DNA of 16,523 nucleotides from Candidatus Bipolaricaulia bacterium (GTDB lineage Bacteria; Bipolaricaulota; Bipolaricaulia; JBHIAT01): NCBI GenBank assembly GCA_046758705.1, contig JBHIAT010000074.1:1-16523 (forward strand). Direction: 5' to 3'. The notes under the pieces were generated by a model, which was given only the letters and a program-made list of their open reading frames with translations, was not told the origin of the DNA and did no database searches. Of the stretch, positions 1 through 8,351 are shown piece after piece; the stretch's first letter is position 1, and each line of letters opens with the position of its first letter. A program made the position numbers and the translations under genes.

Positions 1-1049
1 TCCCCCCGGATGAGGTCACGGAACTTCTCCAGTTGCTTCTTCTTCTTGGGATGCTTCAGTTTCTCGATCGCCTTGATCTCGATCTGGCGGACGCGCTCCC
101 GGGTGATATTGAACTCTTTCCCCACCTGTTCCAGGGTCCGGGGATGGCCGTCCCGAAGTCCGTAGCGCAGTTCCAGGATGCGCTTCTCCCGCTCGGAGAG
201 CTGGGCGAGCACCTTCTCAAGCTCGTCCTCCATCATGGTCTTGTATGCCTCTTTGGTCGGGGAAAGCGTCGTCTGATCCTCGATGAAGTCCCCGAGGACA
301 TTGTCCTCATCGTCGCCGATCGGTTTCTCCAGTGAGATGGTATATTGGGAGATCCGTTCGACCTCTTTCACCTTCTCCGGTGGGATTTCGAGCTCTCGAG
401 CCAGGAGATCCAGGTCGGGCGGCTCTCCGTTCTCCTGGACGTACTCGCGTCGCAGCTTATTGAGCTTTTGGACGGTCTCGATCATATGGACGGGGATGCG
501 GATGGTGCGGGACTGGTCGGCGATCGCTCGGGTGATCGCCTGGCGGATCCACCAGGTGGCATAAGTGCTGAACTTATATCCCTTGCGATAATCGAACTTC
601 TCCACCGCCTTCATCAGCCCCATGTTCCCCTCCTGGATCAGATCCAAGAACGACAGCCCTCGTCCCATGTACTTCTTGGCGATGCTCACCACCAGTCTGA
701 GGTTGGAGAGGATCAGGCGGCTCTTAGCACGTCTATCCCCCATTTCGATCCGTTTGGCCAGCTCCACCTCCTCCTTCCGGGTGAGCAGATTGACCTTGCC
801 GATCTCTTGAAGGTACATCTTGACCGGGTCCTTGGTCCGCTCCCCTGAGATCCCTAACCCGACCTCGGCACCCTCGGAGGCGGATTTCAGGATGGAGTAG
901 AGTTCCTCAACCTCGGGCGCCTCTTTTCCCTCCTCGAGGTTGCCCTCGTCACCCTTCGCCCACGTCCCCTTGTCGATGAGGTTCTCTTTCCAATCTTCCT
1001 CTTCCCACACCTCATCGCCGTCTACGAGGCCCTTTTCTGGCTCGCCCAT
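1..1049 (-). CDS. rpoD: Primary RNA polymerase sigma-70 factor (SigA/RpoD); 3' end runs just off the window
   Basis: Manual translation from ATG at 1049 (G-rich RBS upstream, 13 bp after the dnaG stop). Region 1.2 [12 protein letters not shown], region 2 [13 protein letters not shown]...[54 protein letters not shown], region 4 [21 protein letters not shown]. Open to base 1, so absent from the ORF track. Confidence 0.98.
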   Translation of the reverse strand, partial: MGEPEKGLVDGDEVWEEEDWKENLIDKGTWAKGDEGNLEEGKEAPEVEELYSILKSASEGAEVGLGISGERTKDPVKMYLQEIGKVNLLTRKEEVELAKRIEMGDRRAKSRLILSNLRLVVSIAKKYMGRGLSFLDLIQEGNMGLMKAVEKFDYRKGYKFSTYATWWIRQAITRAIADQSRTIRIPVHMIETVQKLNKLRREYVQENGEPPDLDLLARELEIPPEKVKEVERISQYTISLEKPIGDDEDNVLGDFIEDQTTLSPTKEAYKTMMEDELEKVLAQLSEREKRILELRYGLRDGHPRTLEQVGKEFNITRERVRQIEIKAIEKLKHPKKKKQLEKFRDLIRG

Positions 1050-1062
1050 TCTGATCCCCCCC

Positions 1063-2820
1063 TTAACCCTGGCTCGATCGCTCCCGTTGCACCTGTTCGA
1101 AGAGCTCCTCTCGCAACCGCTTGGCTCGCTCTCGCTCACCACCTCCCTCCGCCTTCATCAGCTCCTGTCTCAACCGTTCGATCTCACGCCTCACCCTGGG
1201 ACGGGTGAGCTGGGCCAGCTCATCTTTGATCGCCTGCTCCCGGTCACTGAATTGCATCTCCGTCAATGCAAGTCGGGTGATCCGCTCGCGATCCTGATCC
1301 TCCAATGAGTCGATCAACTGATGCAACTGGAGGTCGTGATGCTGTTGGTAGAGATCGAATATCCGGTGAAACAGACCCTGATATTCGGCCCGGACCTCGG
1401 AGAGATCGATCTCTATCTGCGCTCGTTCAGGATCCAGATCACCCTGGAGCAGGAAGAAGAGCAGATACTCCTCCGGACACCATTTGACCCGTTCCCCATC
1501 CATCCTGTCCCCGTCCCCCTGGGGCTTCGCTGCCACTGTTGCTGCCACGCTTTCCCTGACCATCAGTTCCGCTCCGAGTGCCTCCTCAGGGAGGCCGGTG
1601 AGCGCAGCGAGCTGCTCGATGATCTCATGCCTGAGGGGGAGGCTATCGATCCCCCTTAGGAACTCGCGCGTCTCCTCCAGGGCGCGTTCCTGCCCGGTCA
1701 CGCGCTTCAGGTCATGGATCTGATTGAGATGCTCCACGTAGAATCGATGGAACGGAACTGCCCGCTCCAGTTTGTCTAGGAACATCTCTACGCCACGGTT
1801 GTGGATGAAACTGTCGGGATCCTCACCGGCGGGAAGATCGAGGATGGCCACATCCAGCTTCGCGTTCCTTAGGATTTGCATTCCTCGTAGACAAGCTGCG
1901 CTTCCGGCCGTGTCACGATCGTAGGCGATCACCACCCGGTCGAAGAAACGCTTCAACAGCTTCGCTTGGCGCTCGGTCAGCGCGGTGCCCATGCTGGCCA
2001 CGACGTTCTCCATCCCGGCCTGATGGAGCGAGATCGCATCGGTGTAGCCTTCCACCAGGATGACGTTCTCCTCGCGACACTCCTTGGCGAGGTTCAGGCC
2101 GTACACCAGGCCACCCTTGTCGAAGAACGGGGTATGCGGTAGGTTGATGTACTTGGGCTCAGCCTCGTCGGAGAGGGTTCGGCCAGCGAACCCAGCAACC
2201 TCTCCGTTTAGGTCCAGGATGGTGAAGATCAGCCGGTCCCGGAACCGATCGTAGTACCCGTCGTCCCCGGCCACGACCAGACCCAACTTCTCCAGTTCCT
2301 CCGTCCGGTAGCCGTGGCTTTGGAACGTGCGCAGTAGATCGTCCCAGCTGGCCAGCGCATACCCCAACCGGAACTTCTCAAGCGTCTCGGGGCGAAATCC
2401 CCGTTGCTTTAAGTACACGCGTGCGCTTCTTCCCTCCCGCCTCCGGGTCAGGCTGTAGTAAAGATAACGACTCACCCTGCGATTGAGCTCTCGGAGCCGA
2501 TCGCGTTGCTTCGATCTCGTCCTCGTCTTGCGATCCGAAAGCGTCACCCCGACTTGGTCGGCCAGTTGCACGACGGCCTCAGGGAAATTGAGGTGCTCAA
2601 TCCGCATCAGAAACCCGAATAGATCTCCACCGGCTCCGCAACCGAAGCAGTGGAACAGCCCCTTCTCCCGGTTGACGACGAACGATGGCGTACGATCATC
2701 ATGGAATGGACACCGTCCCTTATAATTATTCCCACTCTGTTCCAACTTCAGGTATCGGGAGATGATCTCAACGATATCAGCCCGCTCCCGGATCGCTTCA
2801 AGCTCTTCTCTGGTTGCCAT
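1063..2820 (-). CDS. dnaG: DNA primase
   Basis: CHC2 zinc finger [11 protein letters not shown]...[26 protein letters not shown] motifs VEGYTD and YDRDTAG, EDPD; directly upstream of rpoD. Confidence 0.98.
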   Translation of the reverse strand: MATREELEAIRERADIVEIISRYLKLEQSGNNYKGRCPFHDDRTPSFVVNREKGLFHCFGCGAGGDLFGFLMRIEHLNFPEAVVQLADQVGVTLSDRKTRTRSKQRDRLRELNRRVSRYLYYSLTRRREGRSARVYLKQRGFRPETLEKFRLGYALASWDDLLRTFQSHGYRTEELEKLGLVVAGDDGYYDRFRDRLIFTILDLNGEVAGFAGRTLSDEAEPKYINLPHTPFFDKGGLVYGLNLAKECREENVILVEGYTDAISLHQAGMENVVASMGTALTERQAKLLKRFFDRVVIAYDRDTAGSAACLRGMQILRNAKLDVAILDLPAGEDPDSFIHNRGVEMFLDKLERAVPFHRFYVEHLNQIHDLKRVTGQERALEETREFLRGIDSLPLRHEIIEQLAALTGLPEEALGAELMVRESVAATVAAKPQGDGDRMDGERVKWCPEEYLLFFLLQGDLDPERAQIEIDLSEVRAEYQGLFHRIFDLYQQHHDLQLHQLIDSLEDQDRERITRLALTEMQFSDREQAIKDELAQLTRPRVRREIERLRQELMKAEGGGERERAKRLREELFEQVQRERSSQG

Positions 2821-2916
2821 GATGACTTAGACGGAATCGGATCCTATAAGAGCCAGAGGAGAAGTTCGAGGACACCGACGGCAAATCGAACGGTGTACCA
2901 GGCTTAGATGGCTGAA

Positions 2917-3150
2917 TCACTGGAAGAAGTTCGCGTTTTTTTGGATATAGCTCGCCCATTGATCGGGGATGTCCTCCTCAGGGTAGATCGCCTCGACTGG
3001 GCAAACCGCCATACAGGCACCACAATTGATGCACTCATCGGGGTGGATGTAGAATTGGTCGTCACCCTCGTAAATGCAATCGACCGGGCAGACTTCCACA
3101 CATTCCCCCGACTTCTCGCCGATACAGGGCTCTGCGATAATGTAGGACAT
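2917..3150 (-). CDS. fdxA: Ferredoxin, 7Fe ([3Fe-4S][4Fe-4S]) FdxA type, 77 aa
   Basis: [26 protein letters not shown]...[21 protein letters not shown]. Start moved to ATG 3150 because AGGAGG lies just upstream and a promoter lies inside the longer ORF call. Confidence 0.93.
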   Translation of the reverse strand: MSYIIAEPCIGEKSGECVEVCPVDCIYEGDDQFYIHPDECINCGACMAVCPVEAIYPEEDIPDQWASYIQKNANFFQ

Positions 3151-3203
3151 CTCTGCCTCCTGTTCGCAATTTGCATCTGGAATAGCAATGCGACTCTTGA
3201 AAA

Positions 3204-3232
3204 AGTATAACAAAGGGGTCGGAATCCGTCAA
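3204..3232 (-). promoter_or_regulatory. Sigma70-type promoter for the ferredoxin gene
   Basis: Minus strand reads TTGACG-17 nt-TATACT with an extended -10 TG, about 55 bp upstream of the ATG. Confidence 0.8.
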
Positions 3233-3277
3233 ATTGACATTGACAATGGATCCCACATCATAAGCCCGTTTTGCCGA

Positions 3278-4045
3278 TTAAGGAAGCGGGGTCACCTGGA
3301 TCGACCGGGTGATGGGGTGAATCTCGACCGCCGCATTGACCCGGTAGACCTCCCGGATCCGTTCTGCGGTGATCACCGTCTCCGGCGTCCCGCTTGCCAC
3401 GATCTGCCCGTTGGCCATGAGCAGTATGCGATCGCTGTAGCGGGCCGCCAAGTTCAGATCATGGATGGCCGTGATGACCGTCATACCCTGCTCCGTCTGC
3501 GAGCCAATCAACCGCATGATCCGATGCTCCGCCTTCAGATCGAGGTTGGCCGTCGGTTCATCCAGCAGCAGCATCTCAGGCTCCTGGGCCAGAGCGCGGG
3601 CGATGAACACCCGCTGACGTTCCCCGCTGCTCAAACTTCGCACCGACCGTGCCACATACGGCAGGGTGTCGGTGAGTTCCAAGGCGGTCGTGACGGCCGC
3701 AACATCCTGATGACGGAGACCGCGGAACCTGCCAAGGTGGGGATGTCTTCCCATGGTTACGATATCCCCGACGTTGAGATCGAACCGGATCTCCGTCTCC
3801 TGGCGTACCATGGCGATCGATCTCGCCCGCTCCCGGGGCGCTATATCGTGAATCGCTCTTCCATGCAGGTACACCACCCCTGCACTCGCCCGTAGCAATC
3901 CGCTAAGGTGCAGGAGCATCGTCGTCTTGCCGGCGCCGTTCGGCCCGACAAGGCTCACCAACTCCCCGGCTTCGATCTCGAGATCGATCCCCTTCAAGAT
4001 CTCATAGCCATCGACCCGGTAGCGCAGCCCACTGACTCGAATCAT
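3278..4045 (-). CDS. ABC transporter ATP-binding subunit, cobalamin/Fe-siderophore/heme family (BtuD/FepC-like)
   Basis: Walker A GPNGAGKT, signature LSSGERQR, Walker B LLLDEPT, H-loop HDLNLA; ATGA overlap with the permease stop at 4042-4045. Confidence 0.95.
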   Translation of the reverse strand: MIRVSGLRYRVDGYEILKGIDLEIEAGELVSLVGPNGAGKTTMLLHLSGLLRASAGVVYLHGRAIHDIAPRERARSIAMVRQETEIRFDLNVGDIVTMGRHPHLGRFRGLRHQDVAAVTTALELTDTLPYVARSVRSLSSGERQRVFIARALAQEPEMLLLDEPTANLDLKAEHRIMRLIGSQTEQGMTVITAIHDLNLAARYSDRILLMANGQIVASGTPETVITAERIREVYRVNAAVEIHPITRSIQVTPLP

Positions 4046-5085
4046 CCCATCTCCCCCTCACGCCGCAGAATGTAGAGGATGGCCGGGGCACCAGCGAGCG
4101 CGGTCACCAGTCCCACAGGCAGTTCGGCCGGAGCGATCGCCGTCCGAGCGATGACATCAGCCCAGACGAACAGCAGGCCACCGGCCATCGCTCCGGCTGG
4201 AATCAGGATGTGGTGATGGGATCCAAAAACCGCTCGCACCAGATAGGGGACGGCCAGCCCCACGAACACGACCAATCCGCTGACACTCGTCGCTGCCCCG
4301 ACCAGCACCGCGGTGATCACGATGAGCCAGAGTCGGGTGCGCTCCACATGAACGCCGAGATGGACGGCATCCTCCTCTCCGAGCAGCAGGACGTCCAGAT
4401 CTCGCCGGAACAGATAGCTCACCGAGATCCCGATCACGATCGGCAGGATGACGATCTTCACCTGGGTCCAGGTCGAGGTGGCGATCAGGCCGCCCATCAA
4501 CCAGAAGACGGCGGCGATCGAGGCCGTTTGGGACACCCCTCCGATGTACAGAGACAGCCCAACGAGAGCACCGAGGATCGCGTTGATCAGGATCCCGCTC
4601 AACAGCAGGGTGGCCACCGGCACCCGACCGTGGCGCTTCGCCCCGTAATAGGTGAGCCACGTCGCCAGCAGTGCTCCGACCGTCGCTAAGCCGATCGGGT
4701 AGCGCAGGCCAACGGAGACGGCAGCCACCGCACCCAAGGTGCCGCCCATCGAGGTGCCGACGATCGCAGGATCGGCCAATGGGTTTCTAAAAAAACCTTG
4801 CATCATGACGCCACCGGCGCCGAGTGCCCCCCCGATCAGCACGGCGACCAGCACTCGAGGCAGACGGATGGCGATCAAGATGTTTCGTTGCACCGGCGTC
4901 CAGCGGCTATCCAGATCGACGAACGGAAGCGCATCGACCAGGATCGCGGCGGCCGTCCCCGGCGGGATGTAGACGGCTCCTAAGCCGACCGACACGAGGA
5001 TGCTGATCGCCCACACCAGAGCCAGAGCGAGCATCCCGATCGCCATGCTGCGCTTGTGCGTCTTCCTGAGCTTGAGTTTGAACAC
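4042..5085 (-). CDS. ABC transporter permease, FecCD/BtuC family (start could be GTG 5085 or ATG 5046)
   Basis: IRLPRVL, QGFFRNPLADP, LGEEDAVHLGV, FVGLAVP, ELPVGLVTALAGAP; multiple TM helices. Confidence 0.95.
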   Translation of the reverse strand: MFKLKLRKTHKRSMAIGMLALALVWAISILVSVGLGAVYIPPGTAAAILVDALPFVDLDSRWTPVQRNILIAIRLPRVLVAVLIGGALGAGGVMMQGFFRNPLADPAIVGTSMGGTLGAVAAVSVGLRYPIGLATVGALLATWLTYYGAKRHGRVPVATLLLSGILINAILGALVGLSLYIGGVSQTASIAAVFWLMGGLIATSTWTQVKIVILPIVIGISVSYLFRRDLDVLLLGEEDAVHLGVHVERTRLWLIVITAVLVGAATSVSGLVVFVGLAVPYLVRAVFGSHHHILIPAGAMAGGLLFVWADVIARTAIAPAELPVGLVTALAGAPAILYILRREGEMG

Positions 5086-5111
5086 GAGCGGTTATCACCG
5101 TGGCCCACAGC

Positions 5112-6323
5112 TCAACGATCGCCGAAGGCGTAAACGAGGCCGTCATCGGCTCCGACCACCAGCAATCCGGTTGCCGTGATCGCCGGGGAGTGTCCCGCCT
5201 TCGGAAGGCGGACGGACCACTTCACAGCCCCATTAGGAGTCAGCGCATAGAGAGGGCTGGGCCGGGAGGCCTGTGGAGGAAACCCGCCGCTGATATCGAC
5301 GACCCAGGCCGGGATGTAGATCGTGCCATCGGCTCCGATCGCCGGCCGCTCTGTCACCGAGATGATCAACACCAGTCGAAATCGGCCCCGTCGGGTGCTG
5401 AACTGCCAGCGCTGCGATCCATCATCGGGATCGAGGGCGAACAGCACGCCGCCGATCTGACCGATGTAGACGGTACCATCGGCTCCGATCGCCGGTGGAC
5501 CGTTGATCCGGTTGCCGATCAACCGGCTCCACCGCAGGGTTCCGTCTGGATCGAGCGCGTAGACGATCCGATCGGTCGAGCCGAAGTAGATCGTCCCCTC
5601 GGGGCCGATCGCTGCGGTCGAGGTGATCGTCCCCTCAGTGGGAAGCCGCCATCGCTCGCTCCCGTCAGGAGCAACCGCATAGAAGATGTCATCCTCCGAG
5701 CCCACGTAGATGGTCCCGTCGGCTCCGACGGTGGGCGAGGCGGTGACCTTATCGCCAGTAGAAAATTTCCACCTCAACGATCCGTCCGGATTGACCGCAT
5801 ACAGGTGGCCGTCGGCGGCCCCGACGTAGATCGTTCCGTCATCCCCGATCGCCGGCGATGAGGTGAACACAATGTTCTCACCGACGTTGCTGAGTGGAAA
5901 CCGCCATCGCTCGCTCCCGTCAGGATTCACGGCATGAAGCGCAAGCAACGAGGCGACGTAGACCGTCCCGTCCACCCCGATCGCTGCTGAGGAACGGATC
6001 TCACCACCCGTGGGCAAGCGCCACCTCAACATGCCGTCCTCACCGATGGCATATAAAACCCCGTCGGTCGAACCGATGTAGATCGTCCCGTCTGTGCCCA
6101 CAGCCGGAGAGGCGGCGATCCGGCCGCCGGTCTCGAAGGTCCAGACGATCCCCCCCTGCTGTGGGCCGAGATGAGGGCTCAACCCGGTGCGCGCCGAATT
6201 TCCTCCGTAGGTGGGCCATGGCCCTCGCTGCAGGTCAGCCGCCGCGGCCATCTCCATCGTGATAACTATCACCATCACCATGACCGGGACGGCAAACCAA
6301 ACCGCTTGTCGAACCGTTTTCAT
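5112..6323 (-). CDS. Exported PQQ-like (BamB-type repeat) beta-propeller protein, about 8 blades
   Basis: N-terminal signal peptide, WPTYGGNSARTG, then repeats of consensus W.f.tgg.i.ssPAIG.DGTIYvGs.DG.LYAv.PDG. ATG overlaps the upstream gene's TGA (6320-6323). Confidence 0.9.
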   Translation of the reverse strand: MKTVRQAVWFAVPVMVMVIVITMEMAAAADLQRGPWPTYGGNSARTGLSPHLGPQQGGIVWTFETGGRIAASPAVGTDGTIYIGSTDGVLYAIGEDGMLRWRLPTGGEIRSSAAIGVDGTVYVASLLALHAVNPDGSERWRFPLSNVGENIVFTSSPAIGDDGTIYVGAADGHLYAVNPDGSLRWKFSTGDKVTASPTVGADGTIYVGSEDDIFYAVAPDGSERWRLPTEGTITSTAAIGPEGTIYFGSTDRIVYALDPDGTLRWSRLIGNRINGPPAIGADGTVYIGQIGGVLFALDPDDGSQRWQFSTRRGRFRLVLIISVTERPAIGADGTIYIPAWVVDISGGFPPQASRPSPLYALTPNGAVKWSVRLPKAGHSPAITATGLLVVGADDGLVYAFGDR

Positions 6324-7303
6324 TTAAATCCTCCTTTTTCTGACGCTGATGCCTCTGCCTCTGAAAACCGGTCGGGATGAAGCCAACGGGCGACCTCCAG
6401 CACGCCGTCGTAGAACCGGGGGCCGGTGAGGGTGGTCGTCGCCGGATCGACGACCAGCACCGCCATCTCACCCTGTCGTGCTGCTGTCGTCCCCTGGAAC
6501 TGCGGGCCCTCCAGCGCCCGCTTCGGTGACAGGTGGGCGGTCTCGGTTACGATCACCCGCTCGGGATCCATCGCCAGAATCGTCTCGATCGACATCTGCT
6601 GGTAGCCGACGATGCCGGCTGTCGAGGCGACGTTGATCCCACCGGCGAGCCGGATCATCAGGTCGACCGTCGTCCCTGTCCCACCGGTCAGATTTGCCGG
6701 AAACATGAAGAAGACCCGAGGCCGCTCTTCTTTCGCCACGTCCGTCAATCGCTCCGTTAACGACGCGAATTTTCCGCTCAGCTCGTTGATCAACGCTTGG
6801 GCATCGCCTTCCACTCCGAAGACCTGACCAACGAGATCGATCGTGTGATACAGGCTCTCCAACGTCTCCCGGTCTTCAACCACCACAGTCGGAATCCCGA
6901 CCGCCCGCAACTGGCCGTAGAGTGCTTGGGGTTGCAACGGGCTGTCCTTTTCGAGTACCAGGGTGGGGTCGTGGGCGATGATCTCCTCGGCGGCGATCGC
7001 CAGGGGTCGTCCGAGCTTCGGCAACGCCTCGATCTGAGGCGGGTAGTCGATCCAGGAGGGAACTGCGATCAGCTTGCTACCGACGCCCATCAGGTACATC
7101 AACTCCACCAAGTCATGGCTGGTGGCGATCACCCGGTCAGCGTTCTCGATGACCACTTCGGTTCCGGTGTCGTCCACGACAGCCGTTTGGGCAACACCCT
7201 CCGCTGCCCCGAGCCCGCACAGGAGCCAGATCCATATCGGTATGAGTAACAGGAACCGTTCCACGCTCATGATCAATGCCCAATGAAGAGTGTACCGCAA
7301 CAT
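6320..7303 (-). CDS. ABC transporter substrate-binding protein, BtuF/TroA-like, probably corrinoid (start could be ATG 7270)
   Basis: Signal peptide; VVDDTGTEV...RVIA, DYPPQIEALPKLG, EEIIAHDP, AGGINVA, SIETILAMDPE, GPRFYDGVLEVARWLHP resemble BtuF-type binding proteins. Substrate is inferred. Confidence 0.88.
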   Translation of the reverse strand: MLRYTLHWALIMSVERFLLLIPIWIWLLCGLGAAEGVAQTAVVDDTGTEVVIENADRVIATSHDLVELMYLMGVGSKLIAVPSWIDYPPQIEALPKLGRPLAIAAEEIIAHDPTLVLEKDSPLQPQALYGQLRAVGIPTVVVEDRETLESLYHTIDLVGQVFGVEGDAQALINELSGKFASLTERLTDVAKEERPRVFFMFPANLTGGTGTTVDLMIRLAGGINVASTAGIVGYQQMSIETILAMDPERVIVTETAHLSPKRALEGPQFQGTTAARQGEMAVLVVDPATTTLTGPRFYDGVLEVARWLHPDRFSEAEASASEKGGFK

Positions 7304-7399
7304 CCCGATTCCATCAATCGATGATTCCTAAGGTTCGAACATGAAACCTCAAAGGATGTGTTTTTTGAACACGGGACATCGCATAGATTAAACTCCCCG

Positions 7400-7525
7400 A
7401 ATGTCGCCATCCTCGAGGGGTTGCAACTCCGGGAGGTGCCACCGGGTGACTATGAGCTGATCGCGTTGCCTTTAAAACTGGACGTGGACGGCTCGCCCGT
7501 ACGCGCCGTGCTGCGCTCGCTATAA
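7400..7525 (+). pseudogene. C-terminal remnant (41 codons) of a cyclase-family / kynurenine formamidase (KynB-like) gene
   Basis: Translates as [41 protein letters not shown], the characteristic C-terminus of this family. Upstream in-frame sequence is AT-rich, unrelated, and closed by TGA at 7322-7324. Confidence 0.82.
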
Positions 7526-7542
7526 TATACGGTCCTGTCGGA

Positions 7543-7571
7543 TTGACCTCTGCCTCGGCGATAGGTATACT
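7543..7571 (+). promoter_or_regulatory. Sigma70-type promoter for the cytochrome c gene
   Basis: TTGACC (7543-7548)-17 nt-TATACT (7566-7571), 43 bp upstream of ATG 7615. Confidence 0.78.
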
Positions 7572-7614
7572 TTCTGCGAAACAGAAGGGACGGCTGATCC
7601 AGGTGAGAGAGGGG

Positions 7615-8340
7615 ATGACGTTCGCCAATACGATGTTGTGGTTGACGGTGGTGGTGATCCTCGGCTTGTTCGTCTACGAACTCGTCTTGTTCAGCCAAGG
7701 TTTCTCCGCGCCCGACCCCCGGGAGGAGGAGTCGATCGTTGACCCGTATGCCGAACTCAGCTCGGTCGCGGTGGGACAGCTCGTCTTCGAAGCTCAGGGA
7801 TGTCAGGCTTGCCACCTCGTCGATCTGAAAGGCGGGTCGATCGGACCGTCCCTCGACCATGTCGCGATACGCAGGAACGCCGAGTGGATTAAAGGCCATG
7901 TGACCAACCCCCGGAAGGATACACCGGGCACATTCATGCGCAGCTTTGCGCTCTCAGACCAGGAGTTGGACGACCTAGCGGAGTTTCTCGGCACGTTCAC
8001 CGCCGATCGTCAGGGACCTGCTTCGGCCGGTGAGGTGATGCTCGATCCTCCCGAACGGTTCACCGCCGATCAGGTAGAACGCGGTAAGCAGCTGTTCCGG
8101 ACAAGCGGATGTATCGCCTGCCATCGGATCGGAAGCGAGGGCGGGGTTATCGGACCGAACCTCACCCACGAGGCCCAACGGCTCCGGACAGACGAATGGC
8201 ATGTAGAGCACCTGAAAAACCCGGTCTCTGTCTACGTGTTCGGCCCGCCCCCTCGGGTCTCCTGGCCGATGCCGGGCTTCGACCGTCTCTCCGATGAGGA
8301 TTTGATAGCGCTGGTCGCCTACCTGCAGAGCTTGAAGTAG
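7615..8340 (+). CDS. Membrane-anchored diheme c-type cytochrome with two CcoO/FixO-like domains
   Basis: N-terminal TM helix; CQACH and CIACH, each followed by GP[SN]L, W..[GE]H..NP and a candidate axial Met (TFMRSF, WPMPGF). Start moved to ATG 7615 (purine-rich RBS; the TTG at 7543 is the -35 box). Confidence 0.9.
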   Translation: MTFANTMLWLTVVVILGLFVYELVLFSQGFSAPDPREEESIVDPYAELSSVAVGQLVFEAQGCQACHLVDLKGGSIGPSLDHVAIRRNAEWIKGHVTNPRKDTPGTFMRSFALSDQELDDLAEFLGTFTADRQGPASAGEVMLDPPERFTADQVERGKQLFRTSGCIACHRIGSEGGVIGPNLTHEAQRLRTDEWHVEHLKNPVSVYVFGPPPRVSWPMPGFDRLSDEDLIALVAYLQSLK

Positions 8341-8351
8341 GGGGAAGGAAT

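Noticed and set aside
33-848. Plus-strand ORFs 33-335, 283-564, 345-848 and 622-810
   Set aside because: Antisense shadows of the strongly conserved rpoD gene on the minus strand.
2872-2896. Inverted repeat ACACCG...CGGTGT after the ferredoxin gene as a terminator
   Set aside because: Only a 6-bp stem with a 13-nt loop and no U-tract on the minus strand.
5112-6323. Calling the propeller BamB or a PQQ dehydrogenase
   Set aside because: No lipobox Cys, too short and regular for a quinoprotein dehydrogenase, and the context is an ABC uptake operon.
7314-7899. Minus-strand ORFs 7314-7628 and 7450-7899
   Set aside because: No recognisable motifs; they overlap the KynB remnant, the promoter and the cytochrome gene on the opposite strand.
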